This document shows, piece by piece, positions 17,583 through 26,173 of a stretch of DNA of 39,263 nucleotides (the first letter of the stretch is position 1; each line of letters starts with the position of its first letter). The DNA is taken from the sequence record MK903281.1, one strand, 5' to 3'. The translations under genes and the position numbers were made by a program. Source of the stretch: Escherichia phage Penshu1. Below the pieces are notes generated by a model, which worked only from the letters and a program-made list of their open reading frames with translations, was not told the DNA's origin and made no database searches.

Positions 17583-17989
17583 CAGACTGCATACTACATA
17601 AAGGCTGCGTTAGTAATTCTGGATATGGCCTGAAGTGGTATTCTGGTAGGCTGCGGGGAGCACACGTAGTGTCATATCTCAAGAACAAGGGACCTATACC
17701 AGAAGGGCTAGTTGTGATGCACTCTTGTGACAACAGATTGTGCGTAAATCCAGAACATCTTAGTGTTGGGACCTACAGTGAGAACATGATAGACTGTGTT
17801 TCCAAGGGACGGAAGAACGCTCAGCATAGTGACAGCCACTACAACTCCAAGCTGAGCGCTGAAGAAGTTAAGTCCATACGCAAGTCAGGACTAACGGCTA
17901 CAGAGCTTACAGCCATGTATCCTGGAGTGTCTAGGAGAACGCTGTCTGACGTATTAATAGGTAAAACATGGAGGCACGTAGATGGCTGA
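17579..17989 (+). CDS. HNH endonuclease (T7 gp7.7-like), 136 aa
   Basis: GPIPEGLVVMHSCDNRLCVNPEHLSVGTYSEN HNH motif; collinear with T7 gp7.7; paralogue of the ORF at 9022. Confidence 0.8.
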   Translation: MTDCILHKGCVSNSGYGLKWYSGRLRGAHVVSYLKNKGPIPEGLVVMHSCDNRLCVNPEHLSVGTYSENMIDCVSKGRKNAQHSDSHYNSKLSAEEVKSIRKSGLTATELTAMYPGVSRRTLSDVLIGKTWRHVDG

Positions 17990-19550
17990 ACGTGAAGGGT
18001 TCGCTGCTGAAGGAGCCAAAGCGGTCTATGACCGGCTGAAGAACGGTAGACAGCCATATGAGACACGCGCTCAGAACTGTGCTGCTGTCACTATCCCGTC
18101 ACTGTTTCCTAAGGAGTCCGACAACTCGTCTACTGAGTACACAACTCCGTGGCAAGCTGTAGGTGCTCGCTGTTTGAACAACTTGGCTGCAAAGCTTATG
18201 TTGGCGTTATTCCCTCAGTCACCGTGGATGCGACTGACAGTCTCAGAATATGAGGCCAAGACCTTGAGTCAGGACTCAGAGGCTGCTGCTCGTGTTGACG
18301 AAGGGCTGGCTATGGTCGAGCGTGTGTTGATGGCCTACATGGAGACTAACAGTTTCCGTGTCCCATTGTTCGAAGCACTGAAGCAGCTTATCGTCTCCGG
18401 TAACTGTCTTCTCTACATTCCAGAGCCTGAACAGGGAACCTACAGTCCCATGCGAATGTACCGCTTAGTGTCTTACGTTGTTCAACGTGATGCGTTCGGT
18501 AACATCTTGCAGATTGTGACTCTCGACAAGGTAGCGTTTAGTGCTCTACCGGAAGACGTGAAGTCTCAACTCAACGCAGACGACTATGAGCCTGACACAG
18601 AGCTTGAAGTGTATACGCACATCTACCGTCAGGACGACGAGTATCTGCGTTACGAGGAGGTGGAAGGCATTGAGGTAACAGGGACCGATGGTTCCTACCC
18701 GCTGACTGCATGTCCATACATCCCGGTACGAATGGTTCGACTGGATGGTGAAGACTATGGTCGTTCTTACTGCGAGGAGTATCTGGGAGACCTGAACTCG
18801 CTGGAGACGATTACAGAAGCTATCACCAAAATGGCTAAGGTAGCCTCCAAAGTGGTTGGCCTCGTTAACCCGAACGGCATCACGCAACCTCGTCGTCTTA
18901 ACAAAGCGGCTACAGGTGAGTTTGTGGCTGGTCGTGTTGAGGACATCAACTTCCTGCAACTAACGAAAGGTCAGGACTTTACGATTGCCAAGTCGGTGGC
19001 TGACGCTATCGAGCAGCGTTTAGGCTGGGCCTTCCTTCTTAATAGTGCTGTTCAGCGTAATGCCGAGCGAGTAACTGCTGAAGAGATTCGTTATGTTGCT
19101 GGCGAACTGGAGGCGACCTTAGGTGGCGTGTATTCAGTGCAGTCACAAGAGCTTCAGTTACCTATCGTCCGTGTGCTGATGAACCAGCTTCAGTCTGCTG
19201 GCATGATTCCTGACCTCCCGAAAGAAGCGGTTGAGCCTACGGTCTCCACTGGTCTGGAAGCGTTAGGTCGTGGTCAAGACTTAGAGAAGCTGACTCAGGC
19301 AGTCAACATGATGACCGGGCTACAGCCTCTGCAACAGGACCCAGACATTAACTTGCCGACCCTGAAGTTGCGACTGCTGAATGCCTTAGGTATTGACACT
19401 GCTGGTCTGCTATTGACTCAGGACGAGAAGATGCAACGTATTGCTGAACAATCCGCTCAAGGAGCTGTGGTCAACGGTGCGTCTGCTGCTGGTGCTAACA
19501 TGGGTGCTGTTGTAGGTCAGGGAGCTGGTGAGGACATGGCTCAAGCCTAA
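17982..19550 (+). CDS. Portal (head-tail connector) protein (T7 gene 8 homologue), 522 aa
   Basis: Extended collinear identity to T7 gp8 (YETRAQNCA, PWQAVGAR, YRLVSYVVQRDAFGN, GLVNPNGITQPRRL, AEEIRYVA). Confidence 0.95.
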   Translation: MAEREGFAAEGAKAVYDRLKNGRQPYETRAQNCAAVTIPSLFPKESDNSSTEYTTPWQAVGARCLNNLAAKLMLALFPQSPWMRLTVSEYEAKTLSQDSEAAARVDEGLAMVERVLMAYMETNSFRVPLFEALKQLIVSGNCLLYIPEPEQGTYSPMRMYRLVSYVVQRDAFGNILQIVTLDKVAFSALPEDVKSQLNADDYEPDTELEVYTHIYRQDDEYLRYEEVEGIEVTGTDGSYPLTACPYIPVRMVRLDGEDYGRSYCEEYLGDLNSLETITEAITKMAKVASKVVGLVNPNGITQPRRLNKAATGEFVAGRVEDINFLQLTKGQDFTIAKSVADAIEQRLGWAFLLNSAVQRNAERVTAEEIRYVAGELEATLGGVYSVQSQELQLPIVRVLMNQLQSAGMIPDLPKEAVEPTVSTGLEALGRGQDLEKLTQAVNMMTGLQPLQQDPDINLPTLKLRLLNALGIDTAGLLLTQDEKMQRIAEQSAQGAVVNGASAAGANMGAVVGQGAGEDMAQA

Positions 19551-19568
19551 ACTATCACTATAGGAACA
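19547..19568 (+). promoter_or_regulatory. Phage RNAP promoter (phi9-like)
   Basis: CTAAACTATCACTATAGGAACA, +1 G at 19563. Confidence 0.75.
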
Positions 19569-19639
19569 ACGTCTGGTCTACAATTTGTAGGTTTATAGTA
19601 CCGTTGTTCCTACCATTTCAATCAAAGGAGAATGACTCA

Positions 19640-20524
19640 ATGTCTCAATCAGTTTATGCCGAGTTCGGCGTTAGCTCTAATGCAGTCACTGGTTCCGTTG
19701 AGGACCTGAACGAACACCAGAAGTCTATGCTTGAACAGGACGTAGCTGTTCGTGATGGCGACGACGCTATTACCTTCAAGCAACTGGAAGCTGAAAGTGA
19801 AGAGGCGACCGAAGAAGACGAGAACGTAGAAGAGACTGAAGGTGAAGAAGACCACGAGTCAGATGACGAAGAGTCTGAGACCGATGGTGAGCAGCCTGAG
19901 TTCATCGAACTGGGTGATGCACCGAAAGAGCTGACTGAAAGTGTCACCGCTCTGGATGAGAACGAAGCTGCATTCGACGACATGGTGTCTTCTGCTGTGG
20001 AAGCTGGCAAGGTCACTGCTGATGAAATTACCTCTATCAAGGCTGAATACGCCAAGGACGGTAAGCTGTCTGACGCATCCTACGCTAAGTTGCAGGAAGC
20101 AGGTTACACCAAGCGTTTCGTAGATTCGTTTGTCCGTGGTCAGGAAGCACTGGCTGAACAGTATGCTGCTGGAGTGGTTCGCTACGCTGGTGGAGCTGAA
20201 CAGTTTAATCGCATCCTGTCACACCTTGAGTCCAACGACCCGTCAACTCGTGAAGCACTGGAAGCTGCTATCGTTCGTAAGGACATTGCGACTACCAAAG
20301 CTCTGCTGAATCTGGCTGGCAAGACTCTGGGTAAAGCTGTGGGTGTTAAACCTCAGCGTACCATCACCGCCCAGGCTAAACCTGTGGTCGCACCTAAGGC
20401 TCCTCAGACCGAAGCATTCAGCTCCAAGGCTGACATGATTAAGGCTATGAGTGACCCGCGATACCTGCGTGACGCTAAGTACACGATGGAAGTTCGCGCT
20501 AAGGTAGCTGCCTCAAGCCTGTAG
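19640..20524 (+). CDS. Capsid assembly (scaffolding) protein (T7 gene 9 homologue), 294 aa
   Basis: Start moved to ATG 19640 (AAGGAG RBS); acidic protein with VAVRDGDDAI and C-terminal IKAMSDPRY as in T7 gp9. Confidence 0.9.
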   Translation: MSQSVYAEFGVSSNAVTGSVEDLNEHQKSMLEQDVAVRDGDDAITFKQLEAESEEATEEDENVEETEGEEDHESDDEESETDGEQPEFIELGDAPKELTESVTALDENEAAFDDMVSSAVEAGKVTADEITSIKAEYAKDGKLSDASYAKLQEAGYTKRFVDSFVRGQEALAEQYAAGVVRYAGGAEQFNRILSHLESNDPSTREALEAAIVRKDIATTKALLNLAGKTLGKAVGVKPQRTITAQAKPVVAPKAPQTEAFSSKADMIKAMSDPRYLRDAKYTMEVRAKVAASSL

Positions 20525-20526
20525 GA

Positions 20527-20548
20527 CTAAACTATCACTATAGGGAGA
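20527..20548 (+). promoter_or_regulatory. Phage RNAP promoter for the capsid gene (phi10-like, full consensus)
   Basis: CTAAACTATCACTATAGGGAGA, +1 G at 20543, followed by a 108-nt leader. Confidence 0.8.
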
Positions 20549-20650
20549 CCAAGAGACAGACTCAAGGTTTCCCTATTACTTCAGTCCATACGGATTGGGC
20601 ATACAGTAAGTAATAAACTTTATCTTTCAATTGAATAGGAGAATTATCAT

Positions 20651-21694
20651 ATGGCAAACGTTCCGGGTCAGAAAATTGGTACAGACCAAGGTAAAGGTAA
20701 ATCCAGTTCCGACGCTCTGGCGTTGTTCCTGAAGGTCTTTGCTGGTGAAGTCCTGACCGCATTCACTCGCCGCTCTGTAACTGCTGACAAGCATATTGTC
20801 CGTACCATTCAGAACGGTAAGTCTGCTCAGTTCCCGGTCATGGGTCGCACCTCTGGTGTGTATCTGGCTCCTGGTGATCGACTGTCCGATAAACGTAAAG
20901 GTATCAAACATACCGAGAAAGTGATTACCATTGATGGTCTGCTGACTGCCGATGTGATGATTTTCGACATTGAAGACGCGATGAACCACTATGACGTGGC
21001 TGGCGAGTATTCCAACCAGTTAGGTGAAGCGCTGGCTATCGCTGCCGATGGTGCGGTTTTAGCTGAAATGGCTATCCTGTGCAACCTTCCGGCTACATCC
21101 AACGAGAACATTGCGGGTCTAGGCACTGCCTCCGTACTGGAAGTTGGTAAGAAAGCTGACCTCGACACCCCGGCTAAACTGGGTGAAGCAATCATCGGTC
21201 AATTGACCATTGCTCGCGCGAAGTTGACCTCCAACTACGTTCCTGCTGGCGACCGTTATTTCTACACCACGCCGGACAACTACTCTGCAATCCTCGCGGC
21301 TCTGATGCCGAACGCTGCTAACTATTCTGCGCTGATTGACCCAGAGACTGGTAACATCCGTAACGTGATGGGCTTCGTTGTTGTTGAAGTTCCACACTTG
21401 ACTCAGGGTGGTGCTGGAGAAACTCGTGGTGATGATGGCATCACTATTGCGACTGGTCAGAAGCACGCCTTCCCAGCTACTGCTACTGGTGATGCTAAAG
21501 TTGCTTTGGACAACGTTGTTGGTCTGTTCTCTCACCGTTCTGCTGTAGGTACTGTGAAGCTGCGTGACTTGGCGCTGGAACGTGACCGTGACGTCGATGC
21601 TCAGGGCGACCTGATTGTCGGTAAGTACGCTATGGGTCACGGTGGTCTGCGTCCTGAAGCGGCTGGCGCACTGGTTTTCAGCCCAGCGGCGTAA
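20651..21694 (+). CDS. Major capsid protein 10A (T7 gene 10 homologue), 347 aa
   Basis: Collinear high identity to T7 gp10A (KHTEKVITIDGLLTADV, AILAALMPNAANY, HRSAVGTVKLRDLALER, YAMGHGGLRPEAAG). Confidence 0.97.
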   Translation: MANVPGQKIGTDQGKGKSSSDALALFLKVFAGEVLTAFTRRSVTADKHIVRTIQNGKSAQFPVMGRTSGVYLAPGDRLSDKRKGIKHTEKVITIDGLLTADVMIFDIEDAMNHYDVAGEYSNQLGEALAIAADGAVLAEMAILCNLPATSNENIAGLGTASVLEVGKKADLDTPAKLGEAIIGQLTIARAKLTSNYVPAGDRYFYTTPDNYSAILAALMPNAANYSALIDPETGNIRNVMGFVVVEVPHLTQGGAGETRGDDGITIATGQKHAFPATATGDAKVALDNVVGLFSHRSAVGTVKLRDLALERDRDVDAQGDLIVGKYAMGHGGLRPEAAGALVFSPAA

Positions 21695-21825
21695 GCACCT
21701 TTAGCCAACCTAACGTCGCTACAGTAGCGGCTGCGCCTGAAGAGGAGACTCTAACTCCTCAACAGAAAGCTGCGCGTACTCGTGCTGCGAACAGGGCCGC
21801 TAAACTGGCTGAGTCCAACAACTAA
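20651..21825 (+). CDS. Minor capsid protein 10B, made by programmed -1 ribosomal frameshift at GGTTTTC (21673-21679)
   Basis: The same slippery heptamer as T7 sits 13 nt before the 10A stop; the -1 frame stays open for 49 codons to TAA 21823-21825 and encodes ...PEEETLTPQQKAARTRAAN..., resembling the T7 10B extension. Confidence 0.6.
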
Positions 21826-21831
21826 TTGAAA

Positions 21832-21868
21832 CCCCTTGGGTGCCTTCGGGTGCTTGAGGGGTTTTTTT
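21832..21868 (+). terminator. T-phi-like transcription terminator
   Basis: G-U-rich 13-bp stem (CCCCTTGGGTGCC / GGGTGCTTGAGGGG) closed by a UUCG tetraloop, then seven T residues, immediately after the 10B stop. Confidence 0.75.
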
Positions 21869-21878
21869 CGGAGGATTA

Positions 21879-22001
21879 ATGAAGATATGCGTAGGATGCC
21901 ACACGGAGAAGGACTTGAGGTCTTTCACGCCAAATGGCAGGACATGTAAGGGTACACAGAAATACGAGGCGTGCTTTGTCAGAGGTGCAACTATGCCATA
22001 G
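21879..22001 (+). pseudogene. Probable remnant of an Endo VII/HNH-type homing endonuclease gene (N-terminal Cys-motif fragment, 40 codons)
   Basis: ATG with GGAGGA RBS; MKICVGCHTEKDLRSFTPNGRTCKGT...C shares the CxxCxxEK...F.P...C pattern with the N-terminus of the intact Endo VII-like ORF at 25760; the catalytic half is missing. Confidence 0.4.
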
Positions 22002-22067
22002 GACTCCTAAGTGAGAATCCAGAGCATATTGCAAACGCTATACACTACCTTAAAGGAGAGGAGACTT

Positions 22068-22634
22068 ATGGCTCAATACATTCCACTGAATGCTAACGAT
22101 GACTTAGATGCCATCAACGATATGTTAGCTGCTATCGGTGAACCAGCAGTCCTACAGCTTGACGAGGGGAACGCTGACGTCTCGAACGCTCAACGTATCC
22201 TGCATCGTGTCAATCGTCAGGTCCAAGCTAAAGGCTGGAACTTTAACATCAACGAAGCTGCTGTCCTGACACCTGATGTCCAAGACAATAGGATTCGATT
22301 CTTGCCGTCATACCTCCGTGTAATGACCGCTGGGGCCACCAGCTACTACAGCAACATGGGTGGATACCTGTACGACCTATCCACTCAGTCAACCACTTTC
22401 ACCGACCCTATCACGGTAGAGCTTGTGGAGATGAAGCCATTCTCCGAGATGCCTGTGGTATTCAGGGACTACATCGTCACTAAAGCTAGCCGTGAGTTCA
22501 ACGCTAAGTTCTTCGGTAGCCCAGAGTCTGAACTGTACCTTCGTGAGCAGGAAGCAGAACTCTATCAGCAGGTTATGGAGTACGAGATGGACACTGGTCG
22601 CTACAACATGATGTCTGACATCGGGAGGGACTAA
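22068..22634 (+). CDS. Tail tubular protein A (T7 gene 11 homologue), 188 aa
   Basis: Start moved to ATG 22068 (AAAGGAGAGGAG RBS); KGWNFNINE, YIVTKASREFN and FFGSPE match T7 gp11. Confidence 0.9.
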   Translation: MAQYIPLNANDDLDAINDMLAAIGEPAVLQLDEGNADVSNAQRILHRVNRQVQAKGWNFNINEAAVLTPDVQDNRIRFLPSYLRVMTAGATSYYSNMGGYLYDLSTQSTTFTDPITVELVEMKPFSEMPVVFRDYIVTKASREFNAKFFGSPESELYLREQEAELYQQVMEYEMDTGRYNMMSDIGRD

Positions 22635-22861
22635 TGGCTATTCACAACCTGAAGATTCACCGCCAGCACTTTGGTCCGGTACAGCTAGGTCTAAAGACAG
22701 CAGAGCTGAGACTTAACGACCGGGACTTTAAGGTTGGCGACTGGCTTATCCTGAATGAGTGGGACAACGGGTATACTGGACAACAGGTAGCGCGTAAGGT
22801 TGTCCACATTGCTGACGTTGGTGCCATCTCTGAAGGATACGTCCTAATGAGTATGATTTAA
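22634..22861 (+). CDS. ASCH/DUF3850-like small protein, 75 aa, inserted between tail tubular genes
   Basis: HNLKIHRQHFGPVQLGLKTAELRLNDRDFKVGDWLILNEW...YTGQ follows the DUF3850 pattern (LKxxxxxFxxVxxGxKTxExRxNDRxxxVGDxLxLxE...YTG); T7 has no gene between 11 and 12. Confidence 0.6.
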   Translation: MAIHNLKIHRQHFGPVQLGLKTAELRLNDRDFKVGDWLILNEWDNGYTGQQVARKVVHIADVGAISEGYVLMSMI

Positions 22862-22870
22862 GGAGGGCCT

Positions 22871-25228
22871 ATGCCACTAATTACTCAATCAATCAAGAAC
22901 CTTAAAGGTGGCATTAGCCAGCAGCCTGATATACTGAGGTTCTCAGACCAAGGCGAGGCACAGGTTAACTGCTGGTCATCAGAGAGTGATGGCCTCCAGA
23001 AGCGCCCACCTACAGTCTTCAAGCGACGTCTTAACATCGACGTTGGGAGTAACCCTAAGTTCCACCTGATTAACCGTGACGAGCATGAGCAGTATTACAC
23101 CGTGTTCAATGGGTCCAACATTCAGGTAGTTGACTTGAGTGGTAATCAATACTCAGTGTCAGGTGCGGTAGACTACGTTAAGTCCTCCAACCCACGAGAT
23201 GACATCCGTGTCGTTACCGTGGCAGATTATACGTTCGTCGTTAACCGTAAGGTTGTCGTCAAAGGTGGAAGCGAGAAGTCACACTCTGGTTATAACCGCA
23301 AAGCACGAGCTTTAATTAACCTTCGTGGGGGACAGTATGGTCGCACCCTTAAGGTGGGAATCAACGGTGGCGTTAAGGTCTCGCATAAGCTACCAGCAGG
23401 TAATGATGCCGAGAATGACCCACCTAAGGTGGACGCTCAAGCCATTGGTGCAGCTCTGAGAGACCTTCTTGTTACTGCCTATCCTACCTTCACGTTTGAC
23501 CTTGGGTCTGGCTTCCTGCTAATCACAGCTCCTTCAGGGACCAACATTAACTCAGTGGAGACGGAGGATGGCTACGCTAACCAGCTAATAAGCCCAGTCC
23601 TAGACACTGTGCAAACAATCTCTAAACTACCTCTTGCGGCTCCTAATGGGTATATCATTAAGATTCAAGGTGAGACAAACAGTAGCGCCGATGAATACTA
23701 CGTGATGTATGACTCCAACACTAAGACGTGGAAGGAGACAGTGGAGCCGGGAGTTGTCACTGGGTTCGATGTCACCACAATGCCACATGCTCTGGTCAGA
23801 AAGTCTGATGGCTCCTTTGAGTTCAAGACTCTGGATTGGTCCAAGCGTGGTGCTGGTAACGATGACACAAACCCTATGCCTAGCTTCGTGGATGCTACGA
23901 TAAATGATGTGTTCTTCTACAGGAACAGGCTTGGGTTCTTGTCGGGTGAGAACGTAATAATGAGCCGTTCAGCCAGCTACTTTGCGTTCTTCCCTAAGAG
24001 TGTGGCGACACTGAGTGATGATGACCCTATTGATGTAGCTGTAAGTCACCCTCGAATCTCAATCCTTAAGTATGCCGTTCCGTTTAGCGAGCAGCTACTA
24101 CTTTGGTCAGATGAGGTGCAGTTCGTGATGACAAGCTCGGGGGTCCTTACCGCGAAGTCTATCCAGCTTGATGTAGGCTCAGAGTTTGCCTTAGGAGATA
24201 ATGCCCGACCGTTCGCTGTAGGACGCTCAGTCTTCTTCTCAGCACCTCGTGGGTCATTCACCAGCATTAAGCGATACTTCGCTGTAGCAGATGTGTCTGA
24301 CGTGAAGGATGCCGATGATACCACTGGTCACGTACTGTCCTATATCCCTAACGGGGTGTTTGACATTCATGGGACAGGGACCGAGAACTACATCTGCGTC
24401 AACTCTACAGGTGCATACAACCGAATCTACATCTACAAGTTCTTGTTTAAGGACGGCGTACAGCTTCAAGCCTCTTGGTCGCACTGGGAGTTCCCTAAAG
24501 CTGATAAGATTCTGGCGTCTGCGTCGATTGGCTCTACCATGTTCATTGTTCGTCAGCACCAAGGCGGCGTGGACCTTGAGCACCTTAAGTTCATCAAGGA
24601 GGCAACTGACTTTCCGTTAGAGCCATATAGACTCCACGTTGACTCCAAGGTGTCTATGGTAATACCAATTGGCTCATACAACGCTGACACCTATAAGACT
24701 ACGGTTGACATTGGTTCTGCTTATGGTGGAAACGCTCCGTCTCCCGGTCGGTACTATCTTATTGACAGTCAGGGTTCCTACGTGGACCTTGGTGAATTGA
24801 CAGACATCTCAACTGTGGCTATACTAAATGGCGATTGGTCAGGACGTACAGTGTTCATCGGACGGTCTTATCTGATGTCCTACAAGTTCTCACGGTTCCT
24901 GATTAAGATTGAAGACGAGAGTGGCACTCAGTCTGAAGACACTGGACGTCTACAACTTCGTCGGGCTTGGGTCAACTACAAGGACACTGGCGCTCTTAGA
25001 CTCATTGTCAGAAACGGTGAGCGGGAGTTCGTTAACACCTTTAATGGGTACACCCTTGGTCAGCAAACCATCGGGACTACCAACATTGGAGATGGTCAGT
25101 ATCGCTTCGCTATGAATGGTAACGCATTAACCACGAGTCTAACCTTAGAGTCGGATTATCCTACCCCAGTGTCCATCGTTGGCTGTGGCTGGGAGGCGTC
25201 ATACGCTAAGAAAGCTCGTTCCGTCTAA
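22871..25228 (+). CDS. Tail tubular protein B (T7 gene 12 homologue), 785 aa
   Basis: Collinear identity to T7 gp12 (NLKGGISQQPDILR, HLINRDEHEQYY, MPHALVR, GRLQLRRAWVNY, IVGCGWE). Confidence 0.95.
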   Translation: MPLITQSIKNLKGGISQQPDILRFSDQGEAQVNCWSSESDGLQKRPPTVFKRRLNIDVGSNPKFHLINRDEHEQYYTVFNGSNIQVVDLSGNQYSVSGAVDYVKSSNPRDDIRVVTVADYTFVVNRKVVVKGGSEKSHSGYNRKARALINLRGGQYGRTLKVGINGGVKVSHKLPAGNDAENDPPKVDAQAIGAALRDLLVTAYPTFTFDLGSGFLLITAPSGTNINSVETEDGYANQLISPVLDTVQTISKLPLAAPNGYIIKIQGETNSSADEYYVMYDSNTKTWKETVEPGVVTGFDVTTMPHALVRKSDGSFEFKTLDWSKRGAGNDDTNPMPSFVDATINDVFFYRNRLGFLSGENVIMSRSASYFAFFPKSVATLSDDDPIDVAVSHPRISILKYAVPFSEQLLLWSDEVQFVMTSSGVLTAKSIQLDVGSEFALGDNARPFAVGRSVFFSAPRGSFTSIKRYFAVADVSDVKDADDTTGHVLSYIPNGVFDIHGTGTENYICVNSTGAYNRIYIYKFLFKDGVQLQASWSHWEFPKADKILASASIGSTMFIVRQHQGGVDLEHLKFIKEATDFPLEPYRLHVDSKVSMVIPIGSYNADTYKTTVDIGSAYGGNAPSPGRYYLIDSQGSYVDLGELTDISTVAILNGDWSGRTVFIGRSYLMSYKFSRFLIKIEDESGTQSEDTGRLQLRRAWVNYKDTGALRLIVRNGEREFVNTFNGYTLGQQTIGTTNIGDGQYRFAMNGNALTTSLTLESDYPTPVSIVGCGWEASYAKKARSV

Positions 25229-25235
25229 CTTATTG

Positions 25236-25285
25236 AAGGGCCTATAGATTTACCTTAACTATCACTATAGGGACTATAGGCCCTT
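25236..25285 (+). promoter_or_regulatory. Phage RNAP promoter (phi13-like, CTTAACTATCACTATAGGGACT) nested inside a perfect 12-bp inverted repeat
   Basis: Promoter at 25254-25275 with +1 G at 25270; AAGGGCCTATAG (25236-25247) is the exact reverse complement of CTATAGGCCCTT (25274-25285). Confidence 0.65.
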
Positions 25286-25304
25286 AAGGTTATAAGGAGA
25301 CTTT

Positions 25305-25763
25305 ATGTATATTCGCAAGGCTGCGGAACAGGATGTCCACTACTTTCTGTGGCATCTTTCAGAAGATGATGTTAATGAGTGCAAAGCAAACTACGGGTCA
25401 ACCGTGGGTCTCTCTGAAAGACTGCTTAAGCACCTATCTCCGTCATCTGTGGTTTTAACGAACGGTGTAGGTGAAGTGTTTGCCTATGGTGGAAACCAAG
25501 GGGATAACGTATGGTTCTTGACTTCCGGTCTGGTCTACAAGCTGGGGCCTAAAGAGAAGCGAGAGTTCATAAAGCGTATCTCTGAGTACAGGGACTTAAT
25601 GTTAGACCAATACGGGACCATCTGGAACTACGTGTGGTCAGGCAATAAGTCTCACATTAAATTCTTGAAGTTGCTTGGGGCTAAGTTCCATGATGATTGG
25701 ACTGTAAGTCCGGTAACTGGTGAGCGTTTTCAACTATTCACTATCTCTAAGGAGCAAAGATGA
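25305..25763 (+). CDS. Gene 13-position protein (internal virion/assembly protein homologue by synteny), 152 aa
   Basis: ORF with AAGGAG RBS immediately downstream of the phi13-like promoter; function assigned by position only. Confidence 0.55.
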   Translation: MYIRKAAEQDVHYFLWHLSEDDVNECKANYGSTVGLSERLLKHLSPSSVVLTNGVGEVFAYGGNQGDNVWFLTSGLVYKLGPKEKREFIKRISEYRDLMLDQYGTIWNYVWSGNKSHIKFLKLLGAKFHDDWTVSPVTGERFQLFTISKEQR

Positions 25764-26146
25764 CCAAGGTTTGTACAGTCTGTAAGATTGAGAAGCCTCG
25801 CTCTGCGTTCTCCCCACGGAAGGACTCAAAGTGTGGTATCCGTTCGGCCTGTAAGTTGTGCCACAATGGTCGAAGCCATAAGAACAAAGGATACGAAAAG
25901 TATCACCTAACTCAGGACGAGTACGATTCAATCCTCAGGTCTCAGGACGGAGTGTGCGCTATATGCAAAACTTCAGGACCTAGCCGAGGGCTATGCGTGG
26001 ACCACTGCCATGACTCCGGTAAGGTGCGTGGTATTCTGTGCCACACCTGCAACCTTAAGCTGACACGTAGAAACTATCCGTCCACCTGCGACAATTTCGA
26101 CGAGAAGGCTGCTGAGTATCTGGCTGGTAGCCGGAAGGGGGATTAG
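25760..26146 (+). CDS. Endonuclease VII-like (His-Me finger / HNH superfamily) putative homing endonuclease, 128 aa
   Basis: GVCAICKTSGPSRGLCVDHCHDSGKVRGILCHTCNLKL matches the T4 Endo VII core (CLICQ...HLDHDH...GKVRGLLCNLCN); N-terminal CxxC...C...C zinc motif; inserted between genes 13 and 14. Confidence 0.8.
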   Translation: MTKVCTVCKIEKPRSAFSPRKDSKCGIRSACKLCHNGRSHKNKGYEKYHLTQDEYDSILRSQDGVCAICKTSGPSRGLCVDHCHDSGKVRGILCHTCNLKLTRRNYPSTCDNFDEKAAEYLAGSRKGD

Positions 26147-26173
26147 AAAATTTGCGAACCAATTTCTATCGGC

